Assembly (NCBI GenBank): GCA_029260015.1
Contig: JAJDEB010000034.1
Span: 49,546 to 113,545 of the forward strand
Direction: 5' to 3'
Source of the DNA: Phycisphaerae bacterium
Lineage (GTDB): Bacteria > Planctomycetota > Phycisphaerae > UBA1845
Length of the DNA: 64,000 nucleotides
Of the stretch, positions 38,086 through 48,914 are shown one piece after another. The position numbers and the translations under genes are program-made. The stretch's first letter is position 1. Every line of letters starts with the position of its first letter. Under the pieces are notes generated by a model. The model made no database searches, was not told the origin of the DNA, and saw only the letters and a list, made by a program, of their open reading frames with translations.

Positions 38086-39745
38086 CGTGCTTGCCCTCCT
38101 GCGGTGCGGCGATGTTGTCGAGCGGTATTGATTGGGCCAGCGAATCGGCGGAACCCTGGTCTGCCAGCTTGGTCGGTACTGGCGAAAAGAGACCGGCTGA
38201 ATATCGATCGGCCCGTTCTTTCAGCGGGTTGCTGAAAACGAGAATGACGATCAAAAGGATTCCGCATGCGTTGACCAGCAGCGTACCCGACATTGGAACT
38301 TCGATCGCCGGTTTGTCAGATTCCTTAAGAAACATCTGGACGACGACCCGCATGTAATACCACAGGCTGATTAGCGTGTTGATGACGATGACGATGGCAA
38401 GTGCCCAATACAAACCGCTTGCAGCTTCTCCGAGAGCGGCTAACAGGTACCACTTGGTGATGAAACCAGCAAAAGGCGGAATGCCAACCAATGACACCAG
38501 ACAGAACAACATCGGTATCGCCAAAGCGGGCGACGTCCAACCCAACCCGGCAAACGCGGTGATTGAGTCATCGTCGCCATTTTTCGATTCCACCAGCGCG
38601 ACAACCCCGAACGCACCAAGGTTCATCAACATGTAGACCACGACATACGCCAGAACGGTGCTGATCGCAGTGAATGATTCGACCGTTCCTGCATCTACGA
38701 GAATCGCTGCGGCGGCCATCATGTACCCGGCGTGGGCGATCGATGAATACGCCAACATCCGTTTGATAGAAGTCTGCTTGTACGCGGCTAGGTTTCCGAG
38801 GGTACACGTTAAGGTTGCGATGACCGCAATGACGACGGCGACTCCGTGCAGCACTTCGGCACCTGCATTCACGCAGAAGACGTTGACCAATCGCATCAGC
38901 AGCAACAAACCGGCCGCTTTACTCGCCACGCTGAGCCACGCGGTGACTTCTGTCTTAGCCCCTTGAAAAGCATCCGGGCACCAGAAATGGAACGGGACGG
39001 CTGATATCTTAAATGCGATCCCGACAAAGACACAGAACATCGCCAGCCCAACCAGCAGTTGGTTCGCACCACCCCCTGCCAACACCGGTCCGACGTTTGC
39101 AGCGATCTGGGTAACGTCGAGCGTACCGAAGAAACCGTAAATCAAACTTGCACCATAAAGCATGACGGCTGCACTGACCGCGCCGAAGATCATGTACTTC
39201 AGCGAAGCCTCAGCCGAAATGCGCTTGTGCTTGTTGAAACCGACGATGGCATAACTGGGCAGCGATGCAAATTCGATCGCGATGACCATCATCAGAATAT
39301 TATGCGTGCTGACCATCAAGGACATACCGAGCGCACTGCCGATCAGCAGCACGAAAAACTCGGGTGCGTCGTCTTCCTGAGCGGCAGACACTGACATCCA
39401 CAAAATGCTGATGCCCACGAGAAACACCAGCAGCAACATTTTGAAAAACAACGAGAGGTTGTCGGCGATCAGCATTCCACCGGCAAGATCGGGCGTCAAT
39501 CCGGTCTTTGGTCCTTCTGTGGAAATGATGCCCATGACCTTCAGTGTGAAAAATGCAGTGACCGCGATGCCCACGACGGCCAACCCGGCGATCATCCGGG
39601 CGTCGCGCCCGATTGCCAACGGCGCGAGCATGATCAAACACAGCGTCCCCACCCACGCCAACTCTGGCGAAAATGTCATGAACTCTGCGGCTTTTGGAAA
39701 CCACGCTGGAATTTCAGCGATCAATTCAGTCACTGTGAAACGCAA
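38078..39745 (-). CDS. nuoN: NADH-quinone oxidoreductase subunit N
   Basis: EASLKY, FKISAVPFHFWCPD, KRMLAYSSIAHAGY, GIPPFAGF. Confidence 0.95.
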   Translation of the reverse strand: MRFTVTELIAEIPAWFPKAAEFMTFSPELAWVGTLCLIMLAPLAIGRDARMIAGLAVVGIAVTAFFTLKVMGIISTEGPKTGLTPDLAGGMLIADNLSLFFKMLLLVFLVGISILWMSVSAAQEDDAPEFFVLLIGSALGMSLMVSTHNILMMVIAIEFASLPSYAIVGFNKHKRISAEASLKYMIFGAVSAAVMLYGASLIYGFFGTLDVTQIAANVGPVLAGGGANQLLVGLAMFCVFVGIAFKISAVPFHFWCPDAFQGAKTEVTAWLSVASKAAGLLLLMRLVNVFCVNAGAEVLHGVAVVIAVIATLTCTLGNLAAYKQTSIKRMLAYSSIAHAGYMMAAAAILVDAGTVESFTAISTVLAYVVVYMLMNLGAFGVVALVESKNGDDDSITAFAGLGWTSPALAIPMLFCLVSLVGIPPFAGFITKWYLLAALGEAASGLYWALAIVIVINTLISLWYYMRVVVQMFLKESDKPAIEVPMSGTLLVNACGILLIVILVFSNPLKERADRYSAGLFSPVPTKLADQGSADSLAQSIPLDNIAAPQEGKHGG

Positions 39746-39789
39746 TCCAAATCAAGACGAAAAACTCTTGCCAACTGTACACACGACAA

Positions 39790-41445
39790 CTAACCACCAG
39801 CCGCTGCCATCGCGACCTGCGTGACGCTGTCGATCTGGTTTATCAACAGATTGAGCGTGCCATTCATAAAATCAAACACGGTCTGCTTTGGCAGCACACC
39901 GAGCAAAATACAGAGCGCTCCAAGCGGTGCCAGAATAAGCATCTCGCGACCGTTGGCCTCCGGGAAACTTTTGTACTCTTCGCGAACTGAACCGAGATAC
40001 ACGCGCTGGATGACCCACAGGATGTAACCAGCCGTCAGCACCACACCGAACGCTGCACAAATCGCGGCGGTGTACGCCCAGTCGAATTTTGGACCTGCTT
40101 GGAAGGTTCCGAGCAAAACGTACGCCTCACCGACGAACCCGCACAACCCGGGCAGCCCCAGGGATGCAAAAAAGCCCAGCGTGGCCATCGACCCATAGCG
40201 TGGCATGGATAACCACAACCCGCCGAAGCGATTGATCTCGCGATGGTGGGCACGGTCATAAATCACGCCGACGAGGAAAAAGCACATCGGTGAACTGATG
40301 CCGTGGGCGATCATCTGAAACATTGCGCCCTGGAATCCGGTCGTCGTCATCACGCAAATACCGAGCAGCACATAACCCATGTGCGAGACGGAACTGTACG
40401 CGACGAGTTTCTTGAAGTCCGTTTGGGCCATCGCGCACAACGCACCGTAGAGAATGCTGATGACCGCGATGACGGCTAGGAACCCTGCCCAGAATTCGCC
40501 ACCCACTGGGAAGATCCCGTAGCACAATCGCAGGAATCCGTACCCACCCATCTTCAATAGCACGCCGGCCAGGATCATGGAGATTGGCGTTGGAGCTTGA
40601 ACGTGGGCATCGGGCAGCCATGTATGTACCGGAACGCAGGGCAGTTTGATTGCAAAACCGATGAAGAGGAACATGAACATCAGCGGTGCGAAACGCACGT
40701 TGAGCAGCGTCGTGCTGGCTTCGCCGAAATACTTTTGGATTGCGTCGTTGGTCGAAAGCTCGATTAGGTCGAATGTCCCCGTCGTCACCGGCGCTCCGGT
40801 GTGATAGCTGGTGGCCATCTCCGGGTATTTGGCGACGGCATCGGCGCTGTAGAAGAACATCGCCACAAGACCGACCAGCATCAACACTGAGCCGGCCAGC
40901 GTGAAGATAAAGAACTTGATCGCCGCATATTCGCGACGTTCGCCGCCCCAGACACCGATGAGGAAATACATCGGCAGCAGCATGACTTCCCAGAAAACGT
41001 AGAACAAAAAGAAGTCGAGCGACACAAACACGCCCAACATGCCCGTTTCCAAAAGCAAAAACAGGAAGAAGTAGGCCTTGATGCCTTTGTTGATTTTCCA
41101 GGAATCGAAATTAAAACTGGCTAGGCACGCGAGCAGCGATACAAACGTCGTCAGCACGAAGAGCGGGAAGCTCAATCCGTCGATGCCGACGAAATACTCG
41201 ATGTTAAACTTGTTGCCGGTGATCCAACTCGCCCGTTCGACGTGGTGCAATGCGCCATACGCATCTCCGAATACACCGGCAGCGTCACCGCCCCAAAAGG
41301 TCTTGAACAGAAGCAGCGACAGCACGAATGCCAAGCCACTTCCGAACAACGCCACCCATTTCACCAACTCGCGTGGCACAAACAGCAGCACCAAGCCGGC
41401 AATCATCGGCAGGAAAACGATCCAACTGATCAAATGTTGGTCCAC
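39790..41445 (-). CDS. nuoM: NADH-quinone oxidoreductase subunit M
   Basis: FWEVMLLPMY, HTWLPDAHVQAP, LLKMGGYG, AYSSVSHMG. Confidence 0.96.
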   Translation of the reverse strand: MDQHLISWIVFLPMIAGLVLLFVPRELVKWVALFGSGLAFVLSLLLFKTFWGGDAAGVFGDAYGALHHVERASWITGNKFNIEYFVGIDGLSFPLFVLTTFVSLLACLASFNFDSWKINKGIKAYFFLFLLLETGMLGVFVSLDFFLFYVFWEVMLLPMYFLIGVWGGERREYAAIKFFIFTLAGSVLMLVGLVAMFFYSADAVAKYPEMATSYHTGAPVTTGTFDLIELSTNDAIQKYFGEASTTLLNVRFAPLMFMFLFIGFAIKLPCVPVHTWLPDAHVQAPTPISMILAGVLLKMGGYGFLRLCYGIFPVGGEFWAGFLAVIAVISILYGALCAMAQTDFKKLVAYSSVSHMGYVLLGICVMTTTGFQGAMFQMIAHGISSPMCFFLVGVIYDRAHHREINRFGGLWLSMPRYGSMATLGFFASLGLPGLCGFVGEAYVLLGTFQAGPKFDWAYTAAICAAFGVVLTAGYILWVIQRVYLGSVREEYKSFPEANGREMLILAPLGALCILLGVLPKQTVFDFMNGTLNLLINQIDSVTQVAMAAAGG

Positions 41446-41502
41446 AGCAATTTGTCCTTTGCCTGAAGGCTAATTCTTAATACGGCTTCTTAATCGGGCC
41501 AA

Positions 41503-43878
41503 CTAGCTCATGACCACCGCGATGATCGCGGCGAGCACCAGTACGGCTCCGGTTGTTCCAAACAAAACATAGTTGCGAATCTTACCGGTCTGCGGTTGGC
41601 GAACCATCTCGCCAACACCCTGCGTCGATTCTGCGATCGCATCGACCAGACCATCCACCCCGCCGGTATCCATGATGTTTCCGGAAAACTCAGCGATGCG
41701 AACGGTTCCACGCCCCAACAGATTCGCAATTCCGTCAATGATATAGGTATCCACCGCTCGTGAAACCTGAGCCAAAACCCATTTGGTTCCGCCGACCAGC
41801 ACGGTGTCGTAAATATGGTCGAAGAACAGCTTTTCCATCAAACACCAATGGATGAACCGTATGAAGGGCAAGCGCCGGATACGCTCAGCGAGTTCGAGAC
41901 CATTGCGATAGATCAGCCAGGCAAGTCCCATTCCGGCCAACCACGCGAAACCGACAATACCGATCAACGCAGCGTGTGGATCTTTGGCTTTGTCATGCGA
42001 TAGCCCCAAGAGTTCTTCCTGAGCGCTGCCGGGTACTTCGCCATCGACTGAAACCACCAGCGGTGCCGGTGTTGCATGGACCGCTGCCTCACCCAGTTGC
42101 GGGCGGAACATCATGTAGCTCGAAAGAAATGTTCCAGCGGCAAGTACAATCAGCGGTGCCCACATTAGCGGCGACTCGTGGGCATGGTGATACACTTCTT
42201 CATCACGCGGTTTGCCCATGAACGTCATCCACCAACACCGCATCATGTAAAACGGAGTGACATAGGCGATGATGATGGGCAACCAGAACATCCACTTGGG
42301 GATTTTGTGTTGTTTTGCAGCGATGCCAGCCAATACGGGATCGTCGTGATGACCGCCTGATGCGCCGTGGGCTGCGGCTTCGTCGTGCCCCCCACCGGAT
42401 GCCAGGATGACCTTACCTGAGCGCAGCACATTGTCGTCATTGGCTGGTGCAGCCGAGTGGAGGGCTTCTGCGCCATGTCCGTCGTCTTTCTCGTGACCGC
42501 CAAAGCGATCTTCCCAGTTATAGGTACGTTCATAGGCGACGGCGAGCACTTCGTCTTTGCTGAAATATCCGCCCAAGCCAATGTGCGCACCGGGAATACC
42601 GACGCCTGCGATTGCCAACACACCGATAAAGAACGTCCAGCATGTCACGGGCATCCTCTTGCGAAGTCCGCCCATCCTGCGCATGTCTTGAACGTGGTGG
42701 CAGCCTTCGATGACCTGACCGCTACCAAGGAACATCATCGCCTTGAAGAATGCGTGCGTGATCAGGTGGAACAACGCTGCGGGCCAAGCGCCGACGCCCA
42801 TGCCGAAGATCATGTATCCGAGCTGCGAGAGCGTTGAATAGGCCAGTACCTTCTTGATGTCGATCTGCACGATTGCAATCAATGCGGTGATCGTCAATGT
42901 GATGCAACCGATGACCGCAATGAAAAACTGCGCATCGGGCGTGAGCAACCGGAACACACGCGCGACCAGATACACGCCAGCCGCAACCATCGTTGCCGCG
43001 TGAATTAATGCGCTAACCGGCGTAGGACCGGCCATCGCGTCGGGCAGCCAGACGTGCAGCGGAAACTGGGCACTCTTGCCCATCGCACCGCAGAACAAGC
43101 CGATGCCCATCAACGTTGCAAGCCCCATGCCGGAAATGTGCCAGCCGAGAATATCGATATCGGCTGCGAAGATTCCGGATTGTGTCGCGTATTGCTGCCT
43201 AAAGTTCGTAGCGGCTTGGTCGAGGTCGAATGTCTGTAGAAAAACAAACACGAGCATCAACCCGAGTAGAAAACCAAAGTCGCCCACGCGGTTGGTGATG
43301 AAGGCCTTCATTGCGGCGTTGGAGGCGAACTTCTTATCAAAGTAGAAACCGATCAGCAGGTAGCTGCACAACCCGACCAGTTCCCAGAAGATAAACAAAA
43401 AGAAGATGCTGCTCGAAATGAGCAAGCCGAGCATCGAGAATTCAAAAAGCGACAGGTAGCAGAAGAAGCGGTGGAATTTGCATTGGCCGTCAACTTCGTC
43501 GGAATGACCGGCCATGTAGCCGATGCTGAATACGAAAATGCACGTCGAAACCAGCGTGACCATGAAGTACATCATTACGGTCAAGCCGTCGAGTTTGACC
43601 TTGAATTGGATCGGCATCTCGTTGCCGAAAAGGTTGAGCACCACCCAGTCGTAACCGGTGGTGGCCATCAGCGCCGCTTTGTCCGTCGCAGATAGCCAAC
43701 CCGCCAGCACATAGGTCGCGCAGCCAAGGCTTATAAAAACGCCAAACACCGCCACCCAACCGGACAACGGCTTGCCAATGCGATGGCCAAAGAATGCCAA
43801 CACCGCAAACATTGCGAGCGGTGCGACGACTCCGACACAAAGTAATGTTTCGTAAGTACCCATGAATTCCAAAGTCAA
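41503..43878 (-). CDS. nuoL: NADH-quinone oxidoreductase subunit L
   Basis: WELVGLCSYLLIGF, KSAQFPLHVWLPDAMAGPTPVSALIHAATM, HAFFKA, QTGKIRNY. Confidence 0.96.
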   Translation of the reverse strand: MTLEFMGTYETLLCVGVVAPLAMFAVLAFFGHRIGKPLSGWVAVFGVFISLGCATYVLAGWLSATDKAALMATTGYDWVVLNLFGNEMPIQFKVKLDGLTVMMYFMVTLVSTCIFVFSIGYMAGHSDEVDGQCKFHRFFCYLSLFEFSMLGLLISSSIFFLFIFWELVGLCSYLLIGFYFDKKFASNAAMKAFITNRVGDFGFLLGLMLVFVFLQTFDLDQAATNFRQQYATQSGIFAADIDILGWHISGMGLATLMGIGLFCGAMGKSAQFPLHVWLPDAMAGPTPVSALIHAATMVAAGVYLVARVFRLLTPDAQFFIAVIGCITLTITALIAIVQIDIKKVLAYSTLSQLGYMIFGMGVGAWPAALFHLITHAFFKAMMFLGSGQVIEGCHHVQDMRRMGGLRKRMPVTCWTFFIGVLAIAGVGIPGAHIGLGGYFSKDEVLAVAYERTYNWEDRFGGHEKDDGHGAEALHSAAPANDDNVLRSGKVILASGGGHDEAAAHGASGGHHDDPVLAGIAAKQHKIPKWMFWLPIIIAYVTPFYMMRCWWMTFMGKPRDEEVYHHAHESPLMWAPLIVLAAGTFLSSYMMFRPQLGEAAVHATPAPLVVSVDGEVPGSAQEELLGLSHDKAKDPHAALIGIVGFAWLAGMGLAWLIYRNGLELAERIRRLPFIRFIHWCLMEKLFFDHIYDTVLVGGTKWVLAQVSRAVDTYIIDGIANLLGRGTVRIAEFSGNIMDTGGVDGLVDAIAESTQGVGEMVRQPQTGKIRNYVLFGTTGAVLVLAAIIAVVMS

Positions 43879-43912
43879 TCGGCGTTAGGCCGAGTCTATC
43901 CGGCCTCAAAGA

Positions 43913-44227
43913 CTATCCGGCTAATGTATCACCGTGATCGACATCAACGGTGTTGAGATTCTTGTAGAAGTTCATGCAAATCGCGACGGCCAGCGCTGCT
44001 TCTGCCGCGGCGAGAACAATGACGAATAAACTGGTGATCTGACCGTCGATATTGCTCATCCCGTTGTAACGATTGAACGCGACGAGATTGATGTTGGCAC
44101 CGTTCAGCACCATTTCGACACCGATCAAGATACCGATCGCGTTGCGTTTCGTGATCATCACAAAGATGCCCATCACGAAGAGCAGCGTCGCAACCACCAG
44201 ATAATGTGTCAGGCCAATTTCAAACAT
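43913..44227 (-). CDS. nuoK: NADH-quinone oxidoreductase subunit K
   Basis: VEMVLNGAN, AAAEAA. Confidence 0.95.
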   Translation of the reverse strand: MFEIGLTHYLVVATLLFVMGIFVMITKRNAIGILIGVEMVLNGANINLVAFNRYNGMSNIDGQITSLFVIVLAAAEAALAVAICMNFYKNLNTVDVDHGDTLAG

Positions 44228-44257
44228 GAAACACTCAAATAGAACCAAACGTTTAAC

Positions 44258-44890
44258 TTATTCTTGTCGAGCCATGTATGCCGCACCGATCATCACTACA
44301 AGCAGCAGCACACTCATCGCCTCAAACGGTACGAGATAATTCGTCAGCAGACCCACACCGAACTGCGTCATCGACGAACCGACCACGACGGCATCGGTCT
44401 CCAATGGCCACTCTGCGTTGACCACGACAAACAGCAGCAGGCATGCGAACAACGCACAAACGACGCCGGCTGCGATGAGTTCATTTCGTTTGACGTCGAA
44501 CTTCGCCCATGGAGACTTGCTCGTGAGCATGACTCCAAAGATCAATAGGATCAATGTTCCGCCGGCATAGACGATCAACTGAATGACGCCAATGAAGTTC
44601 GCCAGCAATAGGAAGTACATCAATGCTACGGAGGCGAGTGTCCCGAACAGATAGACGGCCATCCGCACAATGTTTTTCGACAGGCAGATGGCCAAACCGC
44701 TTCCCAATACGACGGCAGCACAGACGTAGAACATCAGCGCTTCGAGCAATCCACCATCGGCAGACCTTTGGATGCCCTGCTCCGAAAGCGTTAGATCGGT
44801 GTCAACAGCAAATGCCGGCGCGATCGCAACGAGCATCACGACGATGATCGGGGCAGCCAGCGTTAGAAGTTTCATAAGTCGAAGCGTCAT
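44258..44890 (-). CDS. nuoJ: NADH-quinone oxidoreductase subunit J with N-terminal extension
   Basis: QLIVYAGG, YLVPFE. Confidence 0.92.
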   Translation of the reverse strand: MTLRLMKLLTLAAPIIVVMLVAIAPAFAVDTDLTLSEQGIQRSADGGLLEALMFYVCAAVVLGSGLAICLSKNIVRMAVYLFGTLASVALMYFLLLANFIGVIQLIVYAGGTLILLIFGVMLTSKSPWAKFDVKRNELIAAGVVCALFACLLLFVVVNAEWPLETDAVVVGSSMTQFGVGLLTNYLVPFEAMSVLLLVVMIGAAYMARQE

Positions 44891-44920
44891 ATTTGCTTTC
44901 AACGACGTTTACAAATGCAT

Positions 44921-46483
44921 TTACGAACCGGGCAACTGCTTAACCGCCAGGTATCCCACCATTCGGCGGCCATTGCGATATCCAAACGCCGCGACGGAAA
45001 GGAACCCAAACGTCACAGCGGCCATCATCAGTCCCAGAACCCAACGGATCACTGTGGAGACCATCGTGCCATCGAGCAGCACCATCCAAACCGCATGCCC
45101 TACCAACGCGATGCACGCGATCGGGAACATCACCTGCACGCAGGAATAAAGCACCTGATCGATGCGGATTCGCGGAAGCGTCCAGCGAATCCACAGTTGT
45201 ATATAAATGAAAATGAAACACTTGAAGATAAACCAGAACGGGCTGCTGAATAGAATACCGTTGAGGAGAACGTTGAATAATGAATTTTCTTCAAACGCCC
45301 ATGTGGCTGGCAGCGGTGTGTGCCACGCGCCCAGGAAAAGCGTCACAGCCAACCCACTCACCACGAACATCGCCGCATATTCCGCGAAGAAAAACAGCGA
45401 CCAACGGAACCCGGAGTACTCCGTATGAAAACCGGCAACCAATTCGCTTTCCGATTCCGGAAGGTCGAATGGTGCCCGCTTACAGTTGGCCAGTGATGCA
45501 ATGTAGTAAGTGATAAATGCGATGAACGTAAATGGATTATGGAATGCGTTCCAGGTGAACCATCCGCCCGACTGCATGTCGCCAATCTGAACCATGTTCA
45601 ACGTGCCAGCCGTCATGATCGGAACGAGCAGAACCGTGGTCATGGGGATTTCATATGACACCATCTGGCACGCTTCACGCATCGCCCCATACACGCTCCA
45701 CTTGTTGTTACTCGCCCAGCCGGCCATGATCACGCCAACCACTTCAACGCCGACCATCGCGACGATGAAAATCAACGCTACATCAACGTTGCGGAAGACC
45801 CAATATGATCCGAGTGGAAAGCATAAGAACGCAAGAAGCGATGGAACAAATGCAAGATAAGGTGCGATCCTGAACAACATTCCGTCGGCTTGGGCGGGGA
45901 CGAGGTCTTCTTTGGCGACGAGCTTGACACCATCGGCAAATGACTGGGCCCAACCATGCCAACCACCAACTCGCATCGGCCCCATGCGCGATTGAATTCG
46001 ACCCGCAACCTTTCGCTCCCACCAGATGGCGTAAACGGGAATCAGATTGAACAGTTGGAAGATCGCCGCCAACCCGACAAGGTCGCGGAAAAGTTCCATT
46101 TGCAGGGGCCAAAGCAGGTATTTGAGGATGCCACCGGCGAAAACCGACTTTGATTCGAGGTATGCGCCAATCTCAGCAACCGTCAGCGATTGCCCCCAGA
46201 TGCTGTTGGCTGAGCCGTTCAGATCGCTGACTGCGATCGTTTCAACCCACCCGAATAACTCCCAATGGGCCCAGACCGCCAGTGTGGAAAACACGATCGC
46301 CGCAATCAGGATGGGGCCGGGGAATCGGCTGACGATGGGGGTTGCCACCTTGTACACAAATCGGGCGAGCGCGACGATACCGCGCGCCGGTCCGCGATGT
46401 TCTATCGGTGGACTTTGTTTCCAAGGGACGGAAAACTGCGTCACGTTGACGCTCCCATTACTGATCGGTTGCAACCTACCCAC
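44921..46483 (-). CDS. nuoH: NADH-quinone oxidoreductase subunit H with long N-terminal extension
   Basis: ERKVAGRIQSRMGP, ADGVKLVAKED, RAPFDLPESESELVAG; start uncertain (46483 or 46444). Confidence 0.93.
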   Translation of the reverse strand: MGRLQPISNGSVNVTQFSVPWKQSPPIEHRGPARGIVALARFVYKVATPIVSRFPGPILIAAIVFSTLAVWAHWELFGWVETIAVSDLNGSANSIWGQSLTVAEIGAYLESKSVFAGGILKYLLWPLQMELFRDLVGLAAIFQLFNLIPVYAIWWERKVAGRIQSRMGPMRVGGWHGWAQSFADGVKLVAKEDLVPAQADGMLFRIAPYLAFVPSLLAFLCFPLGSYWVFRNVDVALIFIVAMVGVEVVGVIMAGWASNNKWSVYGAMREACQMVSYEIPMTTVLLVPIMTAGTLNMVQIGDMQSGGWFTWNAFHNPFTFIAFITYYIASLANCKRAPFDLPESESELVAGFHTEYSGFRWSLFFFAEYAAMFVVSGLAVTLFLGAWHTPLPATWAFEENSLFNVLLNGILFSSPFWFIFKCFIFIYIQLWIRWTLPRIRIDQVLYSCVQVMFPIACIALVGHAVWMVLLDGTMVSTVIRWVLGLMMAAVTFGFLSVAAFGYRNGRRMVGYLAVKQLPGS

Positions 46484-46591
46484 ACAAGAGGGGCGGATTG
46501 TACCGATTCGAATTCAACACGCAAAAATAACAATCAGCAATTCAGATCTGACAAGATCGATCGCGCACCCAATGTGCTTAACAAAATGCGC

Positions 46592-47794
46592 CTAACGATC
46601 GACTTCACCCATCACAACGTCCATGCTACCGATGATCGCTGGAATGTCCGCCAATAGACAATTCTTTCCAGCGTATTCGAGAACACAGAGGTTGCAAAAG
46701 CTCGGCCCCCTGGCTTTGACCCTGGCCGGGATCGCCGAACCATCACCTTTAACATAGAAACCGAGTTGACCACGCGGGTTCTCAATCTCCATGTAAACTT
46801 CATCATCGGGCAACTTCACAGTTTTGCACTTCTTATTGCAAATGCCCTCCTTTTCGTCCGCATCCGGCAAATCGCGCAGGCACTGACGAATGATTTTCAC
46901 CGACTCGATCATTTCTTTGACGCGAACGTAGTATCGACTCCAGCAATCGCCGACAACGACACCACGGGGGATTTCAGCTGTTCCACCGGGAAGACCGACG
47001 GGCACGTCAAAATCAAACCGATCGTAAATTTCGTAGGGTTTCGCTTTGCGCAAGTCGAACTTGACGCCGCTGCCTCGAAGCACCGGTCCGGTCAAGCCAT
47101 ATCGAATCGCATCCTCGGCAGATATCACGCCGACGTTTCCGGTTCGCTTTACGAAAATATGGTTGTAGCTCAGCAGGTTGTTGTAGTCGTCAATCTTCGG
47201 TTCGAAATAATCGAGAAACTCGCTGCAAACATCGACAAAGTTGTCTGGCAAATCGTCGGTTACTCCGCCGATGGTGATATAGCTATACGTCAATCTGGCA
47301 CCGCACGCCGACTCAAACAAATCGAGCAACATCTCGCGCTCGCGAAAGCAATACAAGAATGGCGTGAACGCACCCATGTCCAATCCATAGGTGCCGACGG
47401 CCACCAGGTGCGAAGCGATTCGGTTCAACTCTGCAAACATCACCCGGATGTACTTGGCACGTTCGGGTACTTCCAAACCGGTGAGTTTTTCAATCGCAAG
47501 GGCGAACGCCTGATTGTTATTCATCCCCGCGAGATAGTCCATCCGGTCGGTATAGGGAACGTACTGATACGGCGCGACGTTCTCCCCGATCTTCTCGGCA
47601 CAGCGATGCAGGTAGCCGATGTGCGGAACAGATTGGAGTACCATCTCGCCGTCGGTACGCAGCACAACCCGCAACACGCCATGCGTCGAGGGATGCTGTG
47701 GCCCCATGTTGACGAGCATTTCTTCCGTGCGGACGTCCGCTTGTCTAGGTGCTGATGCATCTGCCGGATTAATTGGTGCGATTGTGTCGGCCAT
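46592..47794 (-). CDS. nuoD: NADH-quinone oxidoreductase subunit D
   Basis: NMGPQHPSTHGVLR, GYLHR, DRMDY, GEVDR; no NiFe CxxC motifs. Confidence 0.96.
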   Translation of the reverse strand: MADTIAPINPADASAPRQADVRTEEMLVNMGPQHPSTHGVLRVVLRTDGEMVLQSVPHIGYLHRCAEKIGENVAPYQYVPYTDRMDYLAGMNNNQAFALAIEKLTGLEVPERAKYIRVMFAELNRIASHLVAVGTYGLDMGAFTPFLYCFREREMLLDLFESACGARLTYSYITIGGVTDDLPDNFVDVCSEFLDYFEPKIDDYNNLLSYNHIFVKRTGNVGVISAEDAIRYGLTGPVLRGSGVKFDLRKAKPYEIYDRFDFDVPVGLPGGTAEIPRGVVVGDCWSRYYVRVKEMIESVKIIRQCLRDLPDADEKEGICNKKCKTVKLPDDEVYMEIENPRGQLGFYVKGDGSAIPARVKARGPSFCNLCVLEYAGKNCLLADIPAIIGSMDVVMGEVDR

Positions 47795-47824
47795 TCTTTT
47801 ATAGCTGCCTATGGACGCTAGTAA

Positions 47825-48358
47825 CTAATGTCGCGGGCTTTTCAGTTCGTGTTCCGTGGTTCCCGGGATTCCTTGGTATTCGAGCGGGTGGGCGTAGTCT
47901 TTGCGAAGCGGATGGCCAACCCAATCGTCGGGGCAAAGGATTCGTTCGAGATTCGGATGGCCCGGGAAATCAATCCCCATCAAATCAAACGCCTCACGTT
48001 CATGCCAGTCAGCCGCCGCCCACAACTTCGCAACCGATTGGATCTGCGGATTGTTGCGGTCGGTCAATACCCGCACCGCCAACTCCCGCTCAATCGACAT
48101 ATCGTTGGTGGCAGAAACCGCAGACAATGCGGCGATGTCATACACACAGCCAAGTTTGTCGTCAGCGAGCAAGTCGATCGCCGTGATGCAGCGCAGCAGA
48201 TCAAAACCCATGCGCTTATCGTCGCGAAGAAACGTAGCCACCTCGCCCCACTTGTCGCCATTGACGACGACAAAAGGCCGGCAGCTATCGACGGCGGTCT
48301 CTTCGATCGCGTCACCGAACTGACTTTTGAGAACTTGGCAGATTTCTTCAAATGACAT
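47825..48358 (-). CDS. nuoC: NADH-quinone oxidoreductase subunit C
   Basis: WHEREAFDLMGIDFPGHPNLERIL, GHPLRKDY. Confidence 0.96.
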   Translation of the reverse strand: MSFEEICQVLKSQFGDAIEETAVDSCRPFVVVNGDKWGEVATFLRDDKRMGFDLLRCITAIDLLADDKLGCVYDIAALSAVSATNDMSIERELAVRVLTDRNNPQIQSVAKLWAAADWHEREAFDLMGIDFPGHPNLERILCPDDWVGHPLRKDYAHPLEYQGIPGTTEHELKSPRH

Positions 48359-48389
48359 TAAGTGTCACTCTTTTTTGCAAAACCAAATA

Positions 48390-48914
48390 CTAAACGTTAG
48401 CCAATTGCTGCTGGTTGCTCTGGGCCACGCGGTCGATGGCCCGGGACTCGTGGCGAATTTTATCCTGCAATCGCATGAGGCCTTCTAGCAGCGCCTCGGG
48501 CCTGGGCGGGCAACCGGGAATATAGATGTCTACCGGAACCACCAAATCGACGCCTTTGACCACATGGTAACCGTGCTTGAAATACGGTCCGCCACCAATC
48601 GTACATGCCCCCATCGCCATCACATATTTCGGATCAGGCATCTGGTTGTAAAGTCGCTTGAGGCGACTGGCCATCTTGTAGGTGACGGTGCCCGCGACGA
48701 TCATTAGATCGCTTTGACGCGGGGTCGCGCGAAACGCCCCGGCACCGAATCGGTCAATATCGAATCGGGATGCGCCGACGGCCATCATTTCAATGGCGCA
48801 GCACGCCAGCCCGAACGTCATTGGCCAAACACTGCTGGCACGCGCCCAATTCAGCGCCCAGTCGAGCGACGTCATCATCAGGCCTTCTTCAAATCGGTTT
48901 TCGATCCAACTCAT
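48390..48914 (-). CDS. nuoB: NADH-quinone oxidoreductase subunit B
   Basis: [21 protein letters not shown]. Confidence 0.96.
   Translation of the reverse strand: MSWIENRFEEGLMMTSLDWALNWARASSVWPMTFGLACCAIEMMAVGASRFDIDRFGAGAFRATPRQSDLMIVAGTVTYKMASRLKRLYNQMPDPKYVMAMGACTIGGGPYFKHGYHVVKGVDLVVPVDIYIPGCPPRPEALLEGLMRLQDKIRHESRAIDRVAQSNQQQLANV

Noticed and set aside
46592-48914. Group 4 [NiFe] hydrogenase
   Set aside because: The large subunit lacks both CxxC motifs and ends in GEVDR, and NuoB has the tandem CC of complex I.
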